Shown in pieces: positions 25,870-39,557 of a stretch of 64,000 bases of DNA; position 1 is the first letter of the stretch; every line of letters begins with the position of its first letter. The stretch covers positions 51,306,179 through 51,370,178 of the forward strand of contig NC_068981.1 in NCBI RefSeq assembly GCF_001194135.2. The letters are read 5' to 3'. Made by a program: the position numbers and the translations under genes. The notes below the pieces were generated by a model. It was not told the DNA's origin, did not search any database, and saw only the letters and a list, made by a program, of their open reading frames with translations. This stretch comes from Octopus bimaculoides. Taxonomy: Eukaryota.

Positions 25870-27276
25870 TACCCTCATTAGACTCATCACTCATACTATT
25901 ATCGAACCGGGAGTCTAACGGCGGGCCCTGGCTCTTGTTTCGCTGATTTCAGCTTCGTGGTTTTATGTAATATTTCCAATTTTTTTTCCTTATTTAAAAT
26001 CATGTGCAGCTTAATGATTAAAAAAGCAAAAATATGCATGCATATCTCACCGATTTTACAATATTTATGTTTGTAGGTAATTGTTTTAAATGTAAATATA
26101 AAGGATGGTGAGAGTTTGATTTTGTACCATTTCTACTGATTCCGAACGATTAACTGCATGAGAGAAGCTTATTTGTTCGATTAAGTTATGATATATTTTT
26201 AAAAGTGCATAATACTTGTGGTCTGAATGTTTCATAATAATTTCAATAAAGAGTAAAGATATTGGTTTCTTATTACGCTAATATAAAATGGTACTTTTTG
26301 CATTAATCCCTAATTCTTTCCATGTTTCTTGATTTTTTCTTTTTTTTTTTTTTTTGCAGTCAGTGTGATCTTATTAAATGCGACCCATGCTAAGATTTAA
26401 TAACATTGCAATTATATAAGCTGTGATCTCGTAGTTGGGAACAAATTTCCGTCTTTTCATACTCCTCAGTCACGAAATATCTATTACTAAAAAGTAGCTT
26501 TTTTTTTACCTACTTTTTTCTCTGTATTTCTTTTGTTAATCCTTTCTTTACTTCGTAGTGTTAGGGTATCCTATTTTATTTTGCCTTTCAACATTTTAAT
26601 ACATATCTTTAATATTGAGATTCTTAGGGTTTCTCGTCCTATATACGTATCTACCACTGACATACATTTGAACATTTTCGAGTTAAAATTTGAATTAAAA
26701 ATTAATTACCAAATCATCGGAGCTTGATACAACTTTAGAGACTCGTATATGAATTCGCATACATACTCGTATGTAAATTTTTGCAGCTTCTCAGCACCCA
26801 ATTAGTACGTTACAAATATTGAAAGCGACCCATAGCCACTTACATATAATCCAAATATAAAGTACCATTTGTTTCTGAATGCGTTCTAAAAGTTATGAGA
26901 AAAAAATCAGGTGATTCACTTTCTACTAGCTTTACAAATTTACAACTAATATATTATATCTCTGCAAGTAACGCTGAGATTTTTAGACTGCTTCAGAAAA
27001 CACTTGAATGAATCTCGTAATACAACACATAGAATTATAATATCTGAAGGAAGTCTATCATCCAAATAATCTTTGTTAACTTTCAGAATTATCAATCATA
27101 ATTCTGTTTAGGCAATAAGAAACACCTGATATCAGGTTAATTATCTTCACGTACCTACATGTATGTCTGCCTCTATCTGTTCATGCACAAACACGCCCAC
27201 AGAGGCACCTGTACGTATTAATATTTATTTGTTTGTAGATATATATATATATATTATACACACACACACACACACA

Positions 27277-27331
<55 letters not shown>

Positions 27332-27389
27332 NNNNNNNNNNNNNNNNNNNNNNNNNNNNNNNNNNNNNNNNNNNNNNNNNNNNNNNNNN

Positions 27390-27435
<46 letters not shown>

Positions 27436-27589
27436 GAATAACTGTAATTATATATTATTATATAAATAACATGTAATTACAATTATTAAAAAACCTATGT
27501 GTGTTGCTCTTCTCCGTATTTTATAGCCTTTGGGTTTGTTTACAAATTTATGATTAAATATGTGTGGGTGCTTGTGTGTGTGTGTGAGT

Positions 27590-28470
27590 GAGTGTATACG
27601 GTTGAGTGGACAGGCGAATGAAAGTGGTACTCGGCACATTTGTTATATACGTTGTGGGTGCCATTCTAAACATCTCCATTTCAAGGACGACATTAGTAGA
27701 GGATAGGTTCGATATTCTCCTACGGACAGGTTTCAAGGATTTTAATCCCTACAGGGATTAAATATTGTGTTGGTATACTTCAGTCTTTTACTTGGTTTTG
27801 CAATAGGACCTTTAAGAATTTTTGTCGAAATCAAATGCTACATCTAAGAAGTGAACCACAGTTGGTTTTGTTTCTACGCTAACCTTTAGCCCTACGGAGT
27901 TAAGGGTCTGCATCAGTTAGTTCCTGAGCTTGTTCAGAGTCTGTTCAGCATGTTGTAAATCTAAAGATAACCGGTGTGTCGTTTGTATAGAGGCCAAGAT
28001 GGGTTGAAAGGAATGATTTACCTAGGGTTTCTAGTATAAAATACGCATGTAGAATGAAGATATTGGAGCGCCCAAAAGCCTTTATAACCACAACAGGAAA
28101 TAACTTATAAACATTAAAGGCCACAGGCTGGACATACTGAAAGATGTCATACAAGTCATACTGAAAAAACAAGTGTGAAATGAAAATTGTCAAACAAGGT
28201 GAATTTGGTTTACAGTTTCTCTGATTCTCTTCTAATAGATGCTTTCGCTTGTAATGGTATCTTTTCGGATCAGATGAATTTATAATTTTTTCCGCGACCG
28301 GATCTGATTTTTGTTTAGTTAGAATACTGGTGAGGTTTTTTTTTCGTCGTTCTCCTTGACTGGTTACCTTGTGGATACGGTCAAAAGTCCTTGCGGATAG
28401 GAAACTGGGTTGAAGTGTTTCCAGTGCATTTATAGAGTGGGAAGATTTGGTATTAGTGAATACAATGAAA
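27590..28470 (-). mobile_element. Penelope-like element remnant 2 (degraded RT)
   Basis: Minus-strand RIHK, VAFNVYKLFP, FILE and HPQRI*..VPLSFA..LNRI resemble Penelope RT motifs PKIHK, SFDV..LY and HP......IP.SLA.R..RI. Diverged. Confidence 0.5.
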
Positions 28471-28499
28471 TGACCCTTTAAGAGAACCAACCAACCAGA

Positions 28500-30960
28500 A
28501 CGACTTCAAAGACCCCTAGGTATTTGTATCTCTCCACTAGTTCTAATGCGTTTACGACATTCTGCTGAGCATGATTAACATTGGACGTTTCTGTCATTTT
28601 TCCTTTGATAAAGATAGCTTTTGCACATTTAGCGAGTCCAAATTGCATTCTGATGTCATCACTGAATTGTTTAACAATCGCTAGTAAGCCCTTGAGTTGT
28701 TGGTCATTCTTTGCAAAGAGCTTTAAATCATCTATGTAAATAAGATGATTTATATTTTTATCAAACATTTTATAACCGTATTGTACATCATTAAGAAATT
28801 TCGAGAGAGGCATTAAGGCTAGCCAAAACAGGAGTGATGATGGAAAGCTGCCCTGGAAAATGCCCCTGTTTGCAATGTCACGTTCAAAGTCAGTGTGGTT
28901 CTCCATGATTTCATACTTACAGAAAAGTTTCGCAGAGTAGGTGCTATTTTATATATTTCCAGACATTTCTTAATCCAGCAATGTAGTAGACTATCAAAAG
29001 CTTTCTTATAGTCTATCCAGGCTATCGACAAGATTTTGTGAAGTGTGTGACAATCTTTCAAGATCATCTTATTGATGAGTAGCTGATCTTCACAACCATA
29101 AGACCCACGTTTACATCATTTTTGCTCATTAGGGAATATGCCACTTTCTATTAAAAAAAAACAAATTATAGGTACTTTCAGTCAAGACAAATGCTAGCAT
29201 TTTATACATTGTTATTAAGCAGGTTATGGATCTATAATATTTTGGTTCATTTGTCTCTTCATTTTTTGGAAGTAGGACTGTTACACCATTAACTTACCTA
29301 GAAGGAATCATACTAGGTTGTTGCAAAACATTGTTGTAAAGTTTTGTTAACAGTTCATGGCTCTCTGGGAAGGCATTCAACCAGAAGTTAGGAATTTTAT
29401 CCTTTCCTGAAGACTTCCATTGGCTTGACTTTCTGAGAGAAGATCGGACATTTTCTACCTTGATACTCTCCCACTTTTGCTTTTCTAAGGAATCTAAGTC
29501 TATAGATGTTCTGTCAATCCAAGAAGCCTTTTTATTGTGTGTTTTTTCTCCTGCCCAAATTTTTTCCAAAATTCCTGCACTTCTTCTTTTGATGGGACAG
29601 ATTTTACTGCAACTGGTATTTTCCCTATCTTCTAGTGAAACTTTTTCGGGTTACTTTTGAACAGGTTGTTGCACTTCAGGAATCTAACGTGCGTTTCATA
29701 CCTTGCTATGCGGGCAACCTTATCACTTACTTTTTGCTTGATGGTTTCTATAGTGGGATCCATGTCAAATATGGAGTTCATATTATATTTTTTCTTTAAT
29801 TTTTGGATTTTTGTTGGTTTGATAGTCTTGTCAAACTGAAGGTTTCTTTAATTTTAAGCCATTCAATCAGACCTACGTAGATTAACTTGGTGTTGATTAC
29901 ACTCTTGTCAAGTAGGCAGGCTTTTGTGGGAATGTTGTCGTTTTCTAAATTTTTCACCACATAGAATCGTTGAGATTTTCGCGAGTGCATAGAACAGGTG
30001 GTTGAGATCTGTAATATCAACATCATTAACTGAAATTATATCTTAAGTGCAAGGCGGATTTTACTAATTACTTTCAGGTTTTGGTAAGAATTTCGAATCT
30101 TTGGGAGAGTATCGAGTTCATTCATAATGGTTTCTTTAATTTTCAGCCATTCAATCATGGTTTGATTTTTAAGATCATGTAGTTCTGTTGGGTCAATTTC
30201 TGTGTGACTTTCTTTATCTATTTGATTTTCATCTGCCGTAGTGTTTATTATTGGTTCATAGAGTGTTTCAATTTGCTTATCAGTTACATTAACTCTTTCA
30301 ATCATTATGGCATTTTCATCAGCCCCGGCTGGTCTATAATTATGTCCTCTGTAGTATCTTCTTTCGCTGCAACTTCGTTCCTTTTATCCCTTACTGATTG
30401 TTTAATTTGGTCCATCTCTCAGTTAGTAATTTGTCTTTCATAATGTTTCTTCTGGCGTTGGCAAGTTTGTTACTGTCTATGTAGGATCTTACTTCAGGGT
30501 GTTTCTGTCTCCAGTTTAAGTAGGTTTGTACAGTATTAGATTCATTTGCTGGTGGGGGGTGAGATGGTATGATAGAACGCCGTAAGAACGTCTTTATTAT
30601 CTTCCCTGGACCATTTTTCATTCTTTTCGTTTGGTTATTTGATGACGAGCATGGATGACCATCTGTTGAAATATTCCGGTTGTGGGGTACTTCCAGCTCT
30701 TGTGTTTCGGGAAGACTTGAACCTGTAGATAATTTCAGAACGAATATGGTTCATCATTCCACTACGCGATCCTTGGCGTTCCGGGTGACGACAAATTCAG
30801 TTTGTATTTTGCCCTCTTATCATTGAGGCACGATGAGCTTGGACGATGACATTAGGGGACGGATCCGTCTGTTCAGGGATAAATTTTGGGGCAATACCAC
30901 CTCCATGTTCTGTGCATGTAAACATTCCTTGTAACGTAGCTTCTTAAGGCTAACAAATGT
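28500..30960 (-). mobile_element. R4/Dong-clade non-LTR retrotransposon 1 (5' region, N-terminal domain and RT; 3' RLE region absent)
   Basis: Minus-strand fragments WRQKHPEVRSYIDSNKLANARRNI, WKSSGKDKIPNFWLNAF, GCEDQLLINKMILKDC, AWIDYKKAFDSLLHCWI, GIFQG(S)...LLFWLAL.PLS, INHLIYIDDLKLFAKN, DDIRMQFGLAKCAK, YKYLGV are characteristic of R4-clade RT. Multiple stops and frameshifts. Confidence 0.92.
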
Positions 30961-31511
30961 GTATTCGTCCGTATTTTTGTGGGTTTTTTTGTTGATAGAT
31001 TTATCATCGCGCTTAGTTTTTTTCTGGTGCATTGTTCACTCTGTCCGTGTTAGCGTGAAAAATAAAAACAATTACTTTGTATTTTGTTTTTGCTTCGTTT
31101 GTGACACGTTTCTTTTTGCTTCGTTTGTGACACATGTTTTCATATGCGTGTGTGTGTGTCCTGTAAATTACACGTAGTTGTGTAAACATTGCGATGTATA
31201 TGTAGTCCTTTGAGTATTAAAATCTATATATGATAGTGTAGACTTTCGAGAGTATGCGTAATTACTCAATTTATGTACTTATGGTTTTGTTCCATTTATA
31301 TTTTATAATTTCTAATCTTTCCGGTGTTGATTTCGCGTGTGTGCTTCGCACATGTTTCACTGAGACATCGTGGATAGGAGAAACTGTGCTTTGTATGGCA
31401 GTAAAATTTCGTTAAAAAACCGTTTTCTTGTAGTCTTCCACAGGTTCTTTATTTCATTCCATTATTAGAATAGATTTCTTTTTGAAGCACATCCATGTTG
31501 TTATTCAGCGA

Positions 31512-31538
31512 TATTATTATTATTATTATTATTATTAT

Positions 31539-31606
<68 letters not shown>
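31512..31606. repeat. Compound (TAT)n(AGT)n microsatellite
   Basis: Direct reading. Confidence 0.95.
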
Positions 31607-31987
31607 TATCATTAAAATGGCCAGTGATAACTTTCGATTTAAATACGTTTAGGTTACTATTATTGGGCATATATAAAAACATTTTTTGACCGTTATAAAT
31701 TTTGTTTGCTTAATTATTTTATCCATGTGAATTTTGTTGTTCTTTTATTACACTTATGTATTTGGATTGTTAACGCTACCGCTCCAAACGCACATCTATC
31801 TATTTATCTTTATATTCATCTCAATCTGGCTGTCCTTTTACATGGAATTTCATCTGTGTTTTTGAACTATGGCCCTGAAGAGATTTGTATAATAGATATG
31901 TTTTTTTATGAATCAAATAATGTATATAAGTTGAAACAAATTTTTGGCTCTATTCGGTTTTCTTTTTAAAATTATGTTTTCATATCC

Positions 31988-32058
31988 TATATTATATTAT
32001 ATTTTATATTATATTATATTATATTATATTATATTATATTATATTATATTATATTATA
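31988..32058. repeat. (ATATT)n pentanucleotide repeat
   Basis: Direct reading. Confidence 0.92.
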
Positions 32059-32478
32059 ATGTAATAAATTGTTTGATTGTTAGATTATTTCTGCAATTAA
32101 TTTTTTATTTGTAATTTGTATTTATACCTCTATTTCGGTGGTATAAAACTGCCAACATTTTCAGTGACATAGTGACTCTACTGTTCGCTCAAAGGTCTGC
32201 AATGACACCTCTGCCATCTAAACTAAGGTACACACACGTACAAGCATGCATACATACAGGTATAAGACCAATTCTCAGACCGCGTCTGAGCAGGCCGAGT
32301 ACAGCAAGCGGTGAAGTGACAAGAGTAGGGTAAAAAAGTAGAAATGAACCGTTGGGGGTATTATTGGCGTAATGACTCTCCCAAGACAGAATACCCATAC
32401 ATATACAAATACATATATACGCTTGTGTGTGTGAGTGTGTATGTGCGCGCGCGCAGGTTTGTGTAAGTGCGCTTGTTT

Positions 32479-32520
<42 letters not shown>

Positions 32521-33769
32521 NNNNNNNNNNNNNNNNNNNNNNNNNNNNNNNNNNNNNNNNNNNNNNNNNNNNNNNNNNNNNNNNNNNNNNNNNNNNNNNN
32601 NNNNNNNNNNNNNNNNNNNNNNNNNNNNNNNNNNNNNNNNNNNNNNNNNNNNNNNNNNNNNNNNNNNNNNNNNNNNNNNNNNNNNNNNNNNNNNNNNNNN
32701 NNNNNNNNNNNNNNNNNNNNNNNNNNNNNNNNNNNNNNNNNNNNNNNNNTAGTTCCAAGAAGTGACATTACTATACCACTGGTCATTCACTGTTAAGAAA
32801 AGTTTTTCTCTTGTATATTCCTTAGATACCGAATGCGTTTTTTCTCTTTATTCATCACTTCCCCCACTTTTTTTCTGTGGGTCATATTTTTAAAAACATC
32901 CTTCGCACTTTTGCTGTGTCTAAATTTTCTATGGAAGTAATTTTAAATTCTTATTTACGGTTATCAACGACTTTTCCTGCTACATATGTAGGATCATTTA
33001 GATATCTACTTATTATTGAATTGTTGTTTTTAGCGTGTCTTTGAAGAGGTCATTATTTTACAAGTGTATGATTGAAGAGTTTAATATTCAAATTTAAATT
33101 GAAATTAAACAAAAATTTGTTTTCTATATAATCAATCATTCTATGAATGGATGGCTAAAAGAAATCAATTAACCATTTTAAAATAGTGCTCATAATTGTA
33201 TACAAACATAGATGCATACATCCATAAGCGTATAAGAGTGTATTTACCAACACTTATTATCTAAAAAGTATTTTAATATAGTGAAAGCTAACTGCAATCA
33301 TCTTCAAGTAATCTAAGTTGCGGAAGTATGTTGTGAAGAAAAAAAACATGAAGAATTTCAATCCATGCTGGTTTTGGAAGCTTATAATGAATATATCGTT
33401 CTCTCATCAGTCTTCGTCACTTCTTGAGAATAGTACAGAAACAATTGAATTAATTTTATACCGCAGCTCACACAATTAATGTAAGAGAAAATAGTCTATC
33501 TCCCAAAAGAGAGTGTATCATTCGGTAAATGTTTGTTTTCCTTAGAATAATCAAATATAATTTTGTTTAGACTAAAATAAACACCTGGTGACCAAGATAG
33601 TTCTGCTTCTTCATCTATCTGTGTAGCTGGTTAGGTAGCTACCTAGGTATGAATTTCACTTATACCACAAAATCTGTCGCAAGCTATCTTCCCATGTATC
33701 GTTTTATATTTGAAATGGCAACAATCTTGTATTTATACGCAGAGACAAATGTGTGTGTTCTTGTATTTT

Positions 33770-33774
<5 letters not shown>

Positions 33775-33861
<87 letters not shown>

Positions 33862-33874
33862 CGTGTGTGTGTGT
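33775..33874. repeat. (GT)n microsatellite
   Basis: Direct reading. Confidence 0.95.
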
Positions 33875-33978
33875 GAGAGAGACAGAGAGACCTGTGTGCA
33901 TAAGTGTCATCTAATGCACAGATTTAAATACATTTTACATATCATGTGTGTGTGTACGTATATTCGCTGTTGAATAGT

Positions 33979-34018
<40 letters not shown>

Positions 34019-35449
34019 TAAATAGAACCTACATTACAAAAGAGTAAATGTTTGCAGGGGACTGTGAAATTTCTTTCGGCTGGAGGACGATAGGGCCTTT
34101 CTCATAGTTATAATTGCCCCACATTGAGGTAGGCATTCCTATGGATCTTTTCCTTCGTTTCTATCTCTTCATTATCGTCAAGCGGTAGCAATAATGCTGT
34201 TGGTATTTGTTTCAGGGTAATGTTTCTGTCTCCTGATCGGCTTCAAGAAAAAAAAAGAAATGACCTACTTTGACGTTTCCAATTTTGCACTCAATGGTCC
34301 TCTAGGAATAGTTGATTCACGGATCTGCTGCTACTGTTACTGCATTTCTCCATGAGATGTTTTGCTCATCATAGCTAAGAGCGTATTTGTAACAACCAAA
34401 CTTTTTTCTGCTTTCTGTCACTATCATGGCGCACAGAAGTATGTCCACAGAGGTTACACCTAATAACATATCACCAATTTGCACTATGAACGTAATAACG
34501 ATTCAGTGGTCAAATAAGTTTTTTAAAAACCTACTTCTAGGTTCATTCGTCACATGTTCTGTGGGGTTTGTCTTCGAACATCTGTGGGATGCATCTACGT
34601 GACATGCCACTTCGCGCCATCTTGAGGTTAAAAAAAAACATTGTTCCATACGGCATTAATCGACTCTTCAAAGACATCTCATTTTATGTGTCATCGATCG
34701 TTCTAGCAATTCTCTGAACAGTACGAGAAAAAAATGAAATTACACAAGTAGGTAAGCTTCATTATTTAGTACGGTTACGATGAATTTCCCAATAGAAATC
34801 ACCTTTTTTGTGGTTTCATTTTACCATATAGTCTTTTTTTTTTTTTGTCTAACTGTTCCATGTCGAAGGATTGCTAGTGGCACGTTGTATTTGTAAATAC
34901 AGAAAATGCCTTTTAACTTGAATTTGTCTGTATTTTTATTTGACAATTGTCTATGCATTTATGTTAGTTTTGCTTCCGTTGTTTTTGTTAAGCATATTAG
35001 TACCGCTCTTGTGTGTAGTATTCCATACAGAAATATTAATATATTCGTCCTTCAAATTGTATGTATTTCGTATATGTAATATTCATAAATATGTTCCTTT
35101 TTTAGTCATTAAACACCGCGGATGTATTTTCACGCTCACTCTCTTGGATATGGTTGACAGAAATAATCGTTGCAATGTTATATACGTACATAGGCAAAAG
35201 AGGAAATAGAAATATTATCTAACATCACGTCTTTCTCGTCTTCCGTTTCTTAAATTAGCAGATGACCAATTCCTAGTAGATTGAATTAATTGCAAAATAA
35301 TATATTCTTTTCTTAACGTTAAACTTTTTAGAATCAATTATCTCAAACTTTTCTCAAAAGAGTCTGTACAGGTCAACATTTTATTAGATTTTATAATATG
35401 GAGTGATGTAAATGTAAATCTCGATAATATTTGGAATAAACCCGGCAAT

Positions 35450-36085
35450 ATCACCAAATTGGAAACTTAATTTCAAGAGAAACTGATGGCGACTCTCATT
35501 ATATGCGTTATCACATAAAATATATTTTTGAAATAACATACATAAGCGTAAATTAGATCTTATAAAAGAAGGATATGATATACCTAAGTGAAGTCTTGCA
35601 TACAAACAATATAAAGAAGAAAGACAGTAAGAACAACTACTTTTCATTGCACATTCAATTTACTGCTTATACAACACTAACAATACGACATTTTATATAA
35701 TCAAGAGGAGATGAAATAAATGAACCAGACGAACATTTAAAATATACTAAATATGCTGAAGGCGAAATCAAAAACTAACTATAGCAATAAATTATTTGGA
35801 AGTGTGAGTTTATTACAATGTAAACCGGAGAGACCAGCGCACCACACAGTTCACAGTCTGTGTCATCTCAAAGGTAACTCAATACGGAATAGCCTGTTTC
35901 TTAATTAAGGCACTCAAAATAAAAACAAATTTAACAGGAACGCTTGACCACTGAAAGCTACATTGGAATATTCGGTGCATTCAATACAATAATGAAACAC
36001 ACATGTGTAAAAATACAATGCCTATAAGAGAAAACACTCAGGAAGCAATGGAAAATTGAGCAATACTTAGCGGCACGATTATGAA
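35450..36085 (+). mobile_element. Possible Penelope-like remnant 3 (linker and GIY-YIG endonuclease, decayed)
   Basis: Plus-strand fragments NKLF..V, CHLKGN, ESYIGI and KQWKI resemble Penelope KIF....KVSY, CPL.GNC, K.YIG and I.W.I in the expected order. Confidence 0.4.
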
Positions 36086-36148
36086 TATTTACCTTTAACA
36101 CTTCTGGAAGAACAGGGTTATCTTTCAATAAAATACCAAAAAGATATA

Positions 36149-36468
36149 TCAATATATATAACGGAGGATGTCTGTCTGTGTGCGTGTCTGTGTGTGGGCT
36201 TGCGCATCACGTCAACACCGTTTGTCCGATCTTCACCAATTTGCACACACGTATGTATTTTGGTCCAAGGAGTGTTTATGGTATATCGATTTTTCAAATT
36301 TTGCTTACTTTGAGCACAGGATGGGAAAAACCGTCTCAGAAAAGGCTTTTCTGGGCTTTACTCCGGAACCATACACACAATTTTGCTCAAATTTGAAATA
36401 AACACGCATTAAGCTTTCGGCCACAAGCTGCAAAATAATGCAAAACGCTTTTAGAGATAGAAAAAATC

Positions 36469-36523
<55 letters not shown>

Positions 36524-37158
36524 TGATCTACGCATAGATTGGGGCTCAAAGAATGAACTCAGATAATGTTGCTTCGGAATCTGTCACCACTGCGACTCTG
36601 TTATAGCACACGACTGGTTGTAAAAACAAATCTACTCCATGTCATCGAAATGACAATTTTAACGGGATGTGGACAAGGGGACGACGTATTTATTCCAAGA
36701 ATTCCCCTCATTTCATCAAGAGTGGAGATTCTCTTTTCATTTCGGAGACCCCTCCCCAATTCCCAATCTTTGTTAGCTTTGCGATGTTCAGCAACAAGTC
36801 CCAAGGCCAAACCCTAGCTGTGGCTTGCCTTCTTTTGGAAGAGTCATGTTTTTCACATGGACAACTGTATGTTGGCTGCTCAAGAGTGGGAAGCAAGACG
36901 GATCTTTAAGCCTTCGCCAAAAAACGGGAAAAACACGGGACATTGTGCACAAGGAGGTGCTGCAATCGCAACAAGGAGAACGGTAAGTACTTCCCGTTAC
37001 TTGAACATTCGTGTTACAATTTTGCATCGCTGCATGTCCAAAATCATTTTGACTTTTTAGGTAAAAAGACAAAAGAGTATATACTCGATTGGTTGAAAGA
37101 AGAAGACACTGCTTCAGAAGTATGCCCGATCACAGGCAATGCCGGGATTTACTGCTAG
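36149..37158 (+). mobile_element. Internally deleted Helitron with both termini
   Basis: 5' end A|TC at 36148/36149, followed by a CTGT/GT-rich head and CCGATCTTCACCAA. 3' end has a GC-rich palindrome (GGCAATGCC, within CCCG...GGCAATGCCGGG) shortly before CTAG (37155-37158) followed by T, giving an AT target site. Contains a helicase remnant. Confidence 0.85.
36560..36965 (+). pseudogene. Helitron Rep/Hel PIF1-type helicase C-terminal remnant
   Basis: IMLLRNLSPLRLCYSTRLVVK...VIEMTILTGCGQGDDVFIPRIPLI / QFPIFVSFAMFSNKSQGQTL...CFSHGQLYVGCSRVG matches the Helitron helicase end (FAMTINKSQGQ, FSHGQLYVA.SRV); frameshifted. Confidence 0.93.
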
Positions 37159-38078
37159 TAAGGATATAAAAAAGAATAGAATCATTAGAAATTCATGCAT
37201 ACTTGGACGGAATATGAAATCAAGACAATCAGCAGAGGGGAAATATATGATGGATGAGAAAAAAACATCCTTTGTAACCAGAAAGGAACTCGTCAAAAGT
37301 CTGAGAACTGCCAGCAGCTGGGACGTACTTGTGATTGACAGTGTCCCTTAATCCTGACTGGAGCCCCTGATTAGTTCCTATTGATATATAGCAGTAACAT
37401 TCAATGCAGGTTTAGACAGAGCAAAATCAAGTGATTGACAGTTTGAGATGGGCAAAGACACCCGGAATCGATCTCATAAGCCTTTAAGTTTCGTCCCAGC
37501 AACATAAATCCCTTATCTTTATGCTGTACATTAGGCTAGTTTACATCTACAGGCTTTTAATATACTACGAGAGAAACATAGAGAGCGCAAATAATGTTCC
37601 ATTGTCAAATTGACAGACATGGATGAAACGAAATTTTGCAGAAGGCTGTGAAAAAGAGGAAAACATAGCTCGGAAGATATGTGAAAGGATTGCAAACTTA
37701 TTGGAACTGGAAACATTCTATATATAGAACACACATCACGTCAAAAAAAGCAATATAATCTTCCAAAGTATATTCAAGATAACTTAAGTCAATCCGATAT
37801 CTGTAGAATGTTGGTCTTCCAAAGACAATCTTTACGATGCTCCTCTTTCGACTTTAATTCCGTTAACAATCTGATAAAGTAAAACACAGTTGGGTGCTGA
37901 TACTATGCTCATGAGTATCTTCAACATATTTGCAAAGGATTTCGCGTGTGGAAAACGTACAATAAATTGTGCGTAAATTCAATTCATAATTTTCACAAAG
38001 ATCCACTCGTCCTCAGGTTCCATTTTGTTCCCATCCTCACCAGCATATACAGTGAAACATCTGAGAGGGAAGCTGCAA

Positions 38079-38417
38079 TTATTACCGCCACGTTAACAAA
38101 GGCAGAGGTATAGGTTTTAGCCGTGTTTGTTTGTTTGTCCGCGGACAAGATTTCTCAAGAACCGCAGGATGGACCCGGATGAAACTTTCAGGGATGTTTG
38201 GTCTCGTGACTGGCACGAATTGATTAGAATTTGGGATCGATATTTTTCCGTTTTTTTTTTTTTACTAAATTTTTGAGAGCAGTCGGGTTCATTTTTAATA
38301 TTCTCGTTCGTGAGCACAGTCGAGTTTATTTTAGATATTCTGTTTTTTTTAAAATTATCTCCGGCTCATTGTTGATGTTGCCTTGGCGGAGGTTTACGCT
38401 CTCTAAGTGCCCTTGTT
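38079..38417 (+). mobile_element. Non-autonomous Helentron-associated (HINE/DINE-1-like) element
   Basis: 5' TTATTACCGCCA..., short (GTTT)n tract, GGATGAAACTTTCAGG core, 3' CCTTGGCGGAGG (subterminal inverted match to ACCGCCA), then GCTCTCTAAGTGC (degenerate stem-loop) and a T-rich end. This is the known HINE layout. Confidence 0.7.
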
Positions 38418-38859
38418 GTTATTGTTTTAAGCGAAATTCATCTTCCATTTTTTTCTTACCGTAAAAAACTAGTTCGAGCAGTGTAAGCTACCCTTCACCT
38501 TTTGATATTGAAAACGAGGATAGCTTTTCCAACATCTCCGAGGCAGAGCACTATTTTGTGAAAAGCAGACTGTTGCCAGCAGCGGTTACTGGTGCCCTTT
38601 TCTCCTACTGCTCTTTTACGTAGACCTTAAATGGCATATAATGCAACATGTGTTAGGGCTAAGCATTTTGTTCTAAATTATCACCAATAAAGATCTGGAA
38701 TCGTTTTTCTTGCGGAACAGTGAGAACTCGTATGCCAATGATGCTGTAGCCGACTACCTATCATTGAAAGTCACGTCAAAGCTGACTCCCCGATCACATT
38801 ATGCAGCAAAATGTACCACAAGATAGGGATTAATATTGTCAATCACATCATCAATGCTG

Positions 38860-39260
38860 AGCCTCGTATTCCATCGTTACAAATAGTGTGAGGTCAGTTT
38901 ATAGGCAAATATAATATCACCAGCGGAGATTGTACTTTGGCAGCGTCCTCAGTATAAATAAAACTGCATATAGTACTATATGCCCTCTTTCTCCCAATGT
39001 AAATTTCGAGCAGAGAAGTTCTCATTCTCTCTCTCATTCCCGGGACATTACATTGCCATGCAATTGTTCTTTCAATTAAATTTTCCAAATCAAGTGTCCG
39101 TTTGAATAAAAGAACTTTTGCAAAGAACGAAGTCTCGACTGGATTTGAAATAATTTCAATACCGCTACCGATTGCTACAATCCGAATTCCTAGTGAATTA
39201 ATTATATAAAGAAATACAAAGAAAAAGATATAGAGGTCTATATTCTTATTCGCAGTTTTC
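38860..39260 (-). mobile_element. Possible degraded RTE-type endonuclease region
   Basis: Minus strand NVKT and LRTLPKYNL..AGD resemble RTE APE motifs NV.TL and IPKHN..II.GD.NA. Weak. Confidence 0.35.
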
Positions 39261-39519
39261 ACATTGTGATGGTATTCGCTCTGAATCAGTCTCGTTGCGT
39301 ACCATGCGTTTCATTTACTGTAATAGAGAGAGACAACGTGGCCAAGTTAGGCAACTTTGTTGGATTTTGTCAAAGACAATATGTTTAGAGTAGCGAATAT
39401 ATTTCAGTTGCAATAAGTGGCAGGAAAAATTCACAACTCACCTTTGGTCTTTATAGAGGTTTGACTATTGAAGATTTAGTTAGATATGATACGGGTAACT
39501 TTTTTATTCATCTCAACAG

Positions 39520-39557
<38 letters not shown>

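Noticed and set aside
26284-26872. 12-bp inverted match AAATGGTACTTT / AAAGTACCATTT
   Set aside because: Match does not extend and is plausible by chance in AT-rich DNA.
37170-37345. ORF MPGFTASKDIKK...VLVIDSVP, possibly an RTE 3' end or an exon
   Set aside because: Motif similarity too faint, it starts inside the Helitron terminus, and it has no splice support.
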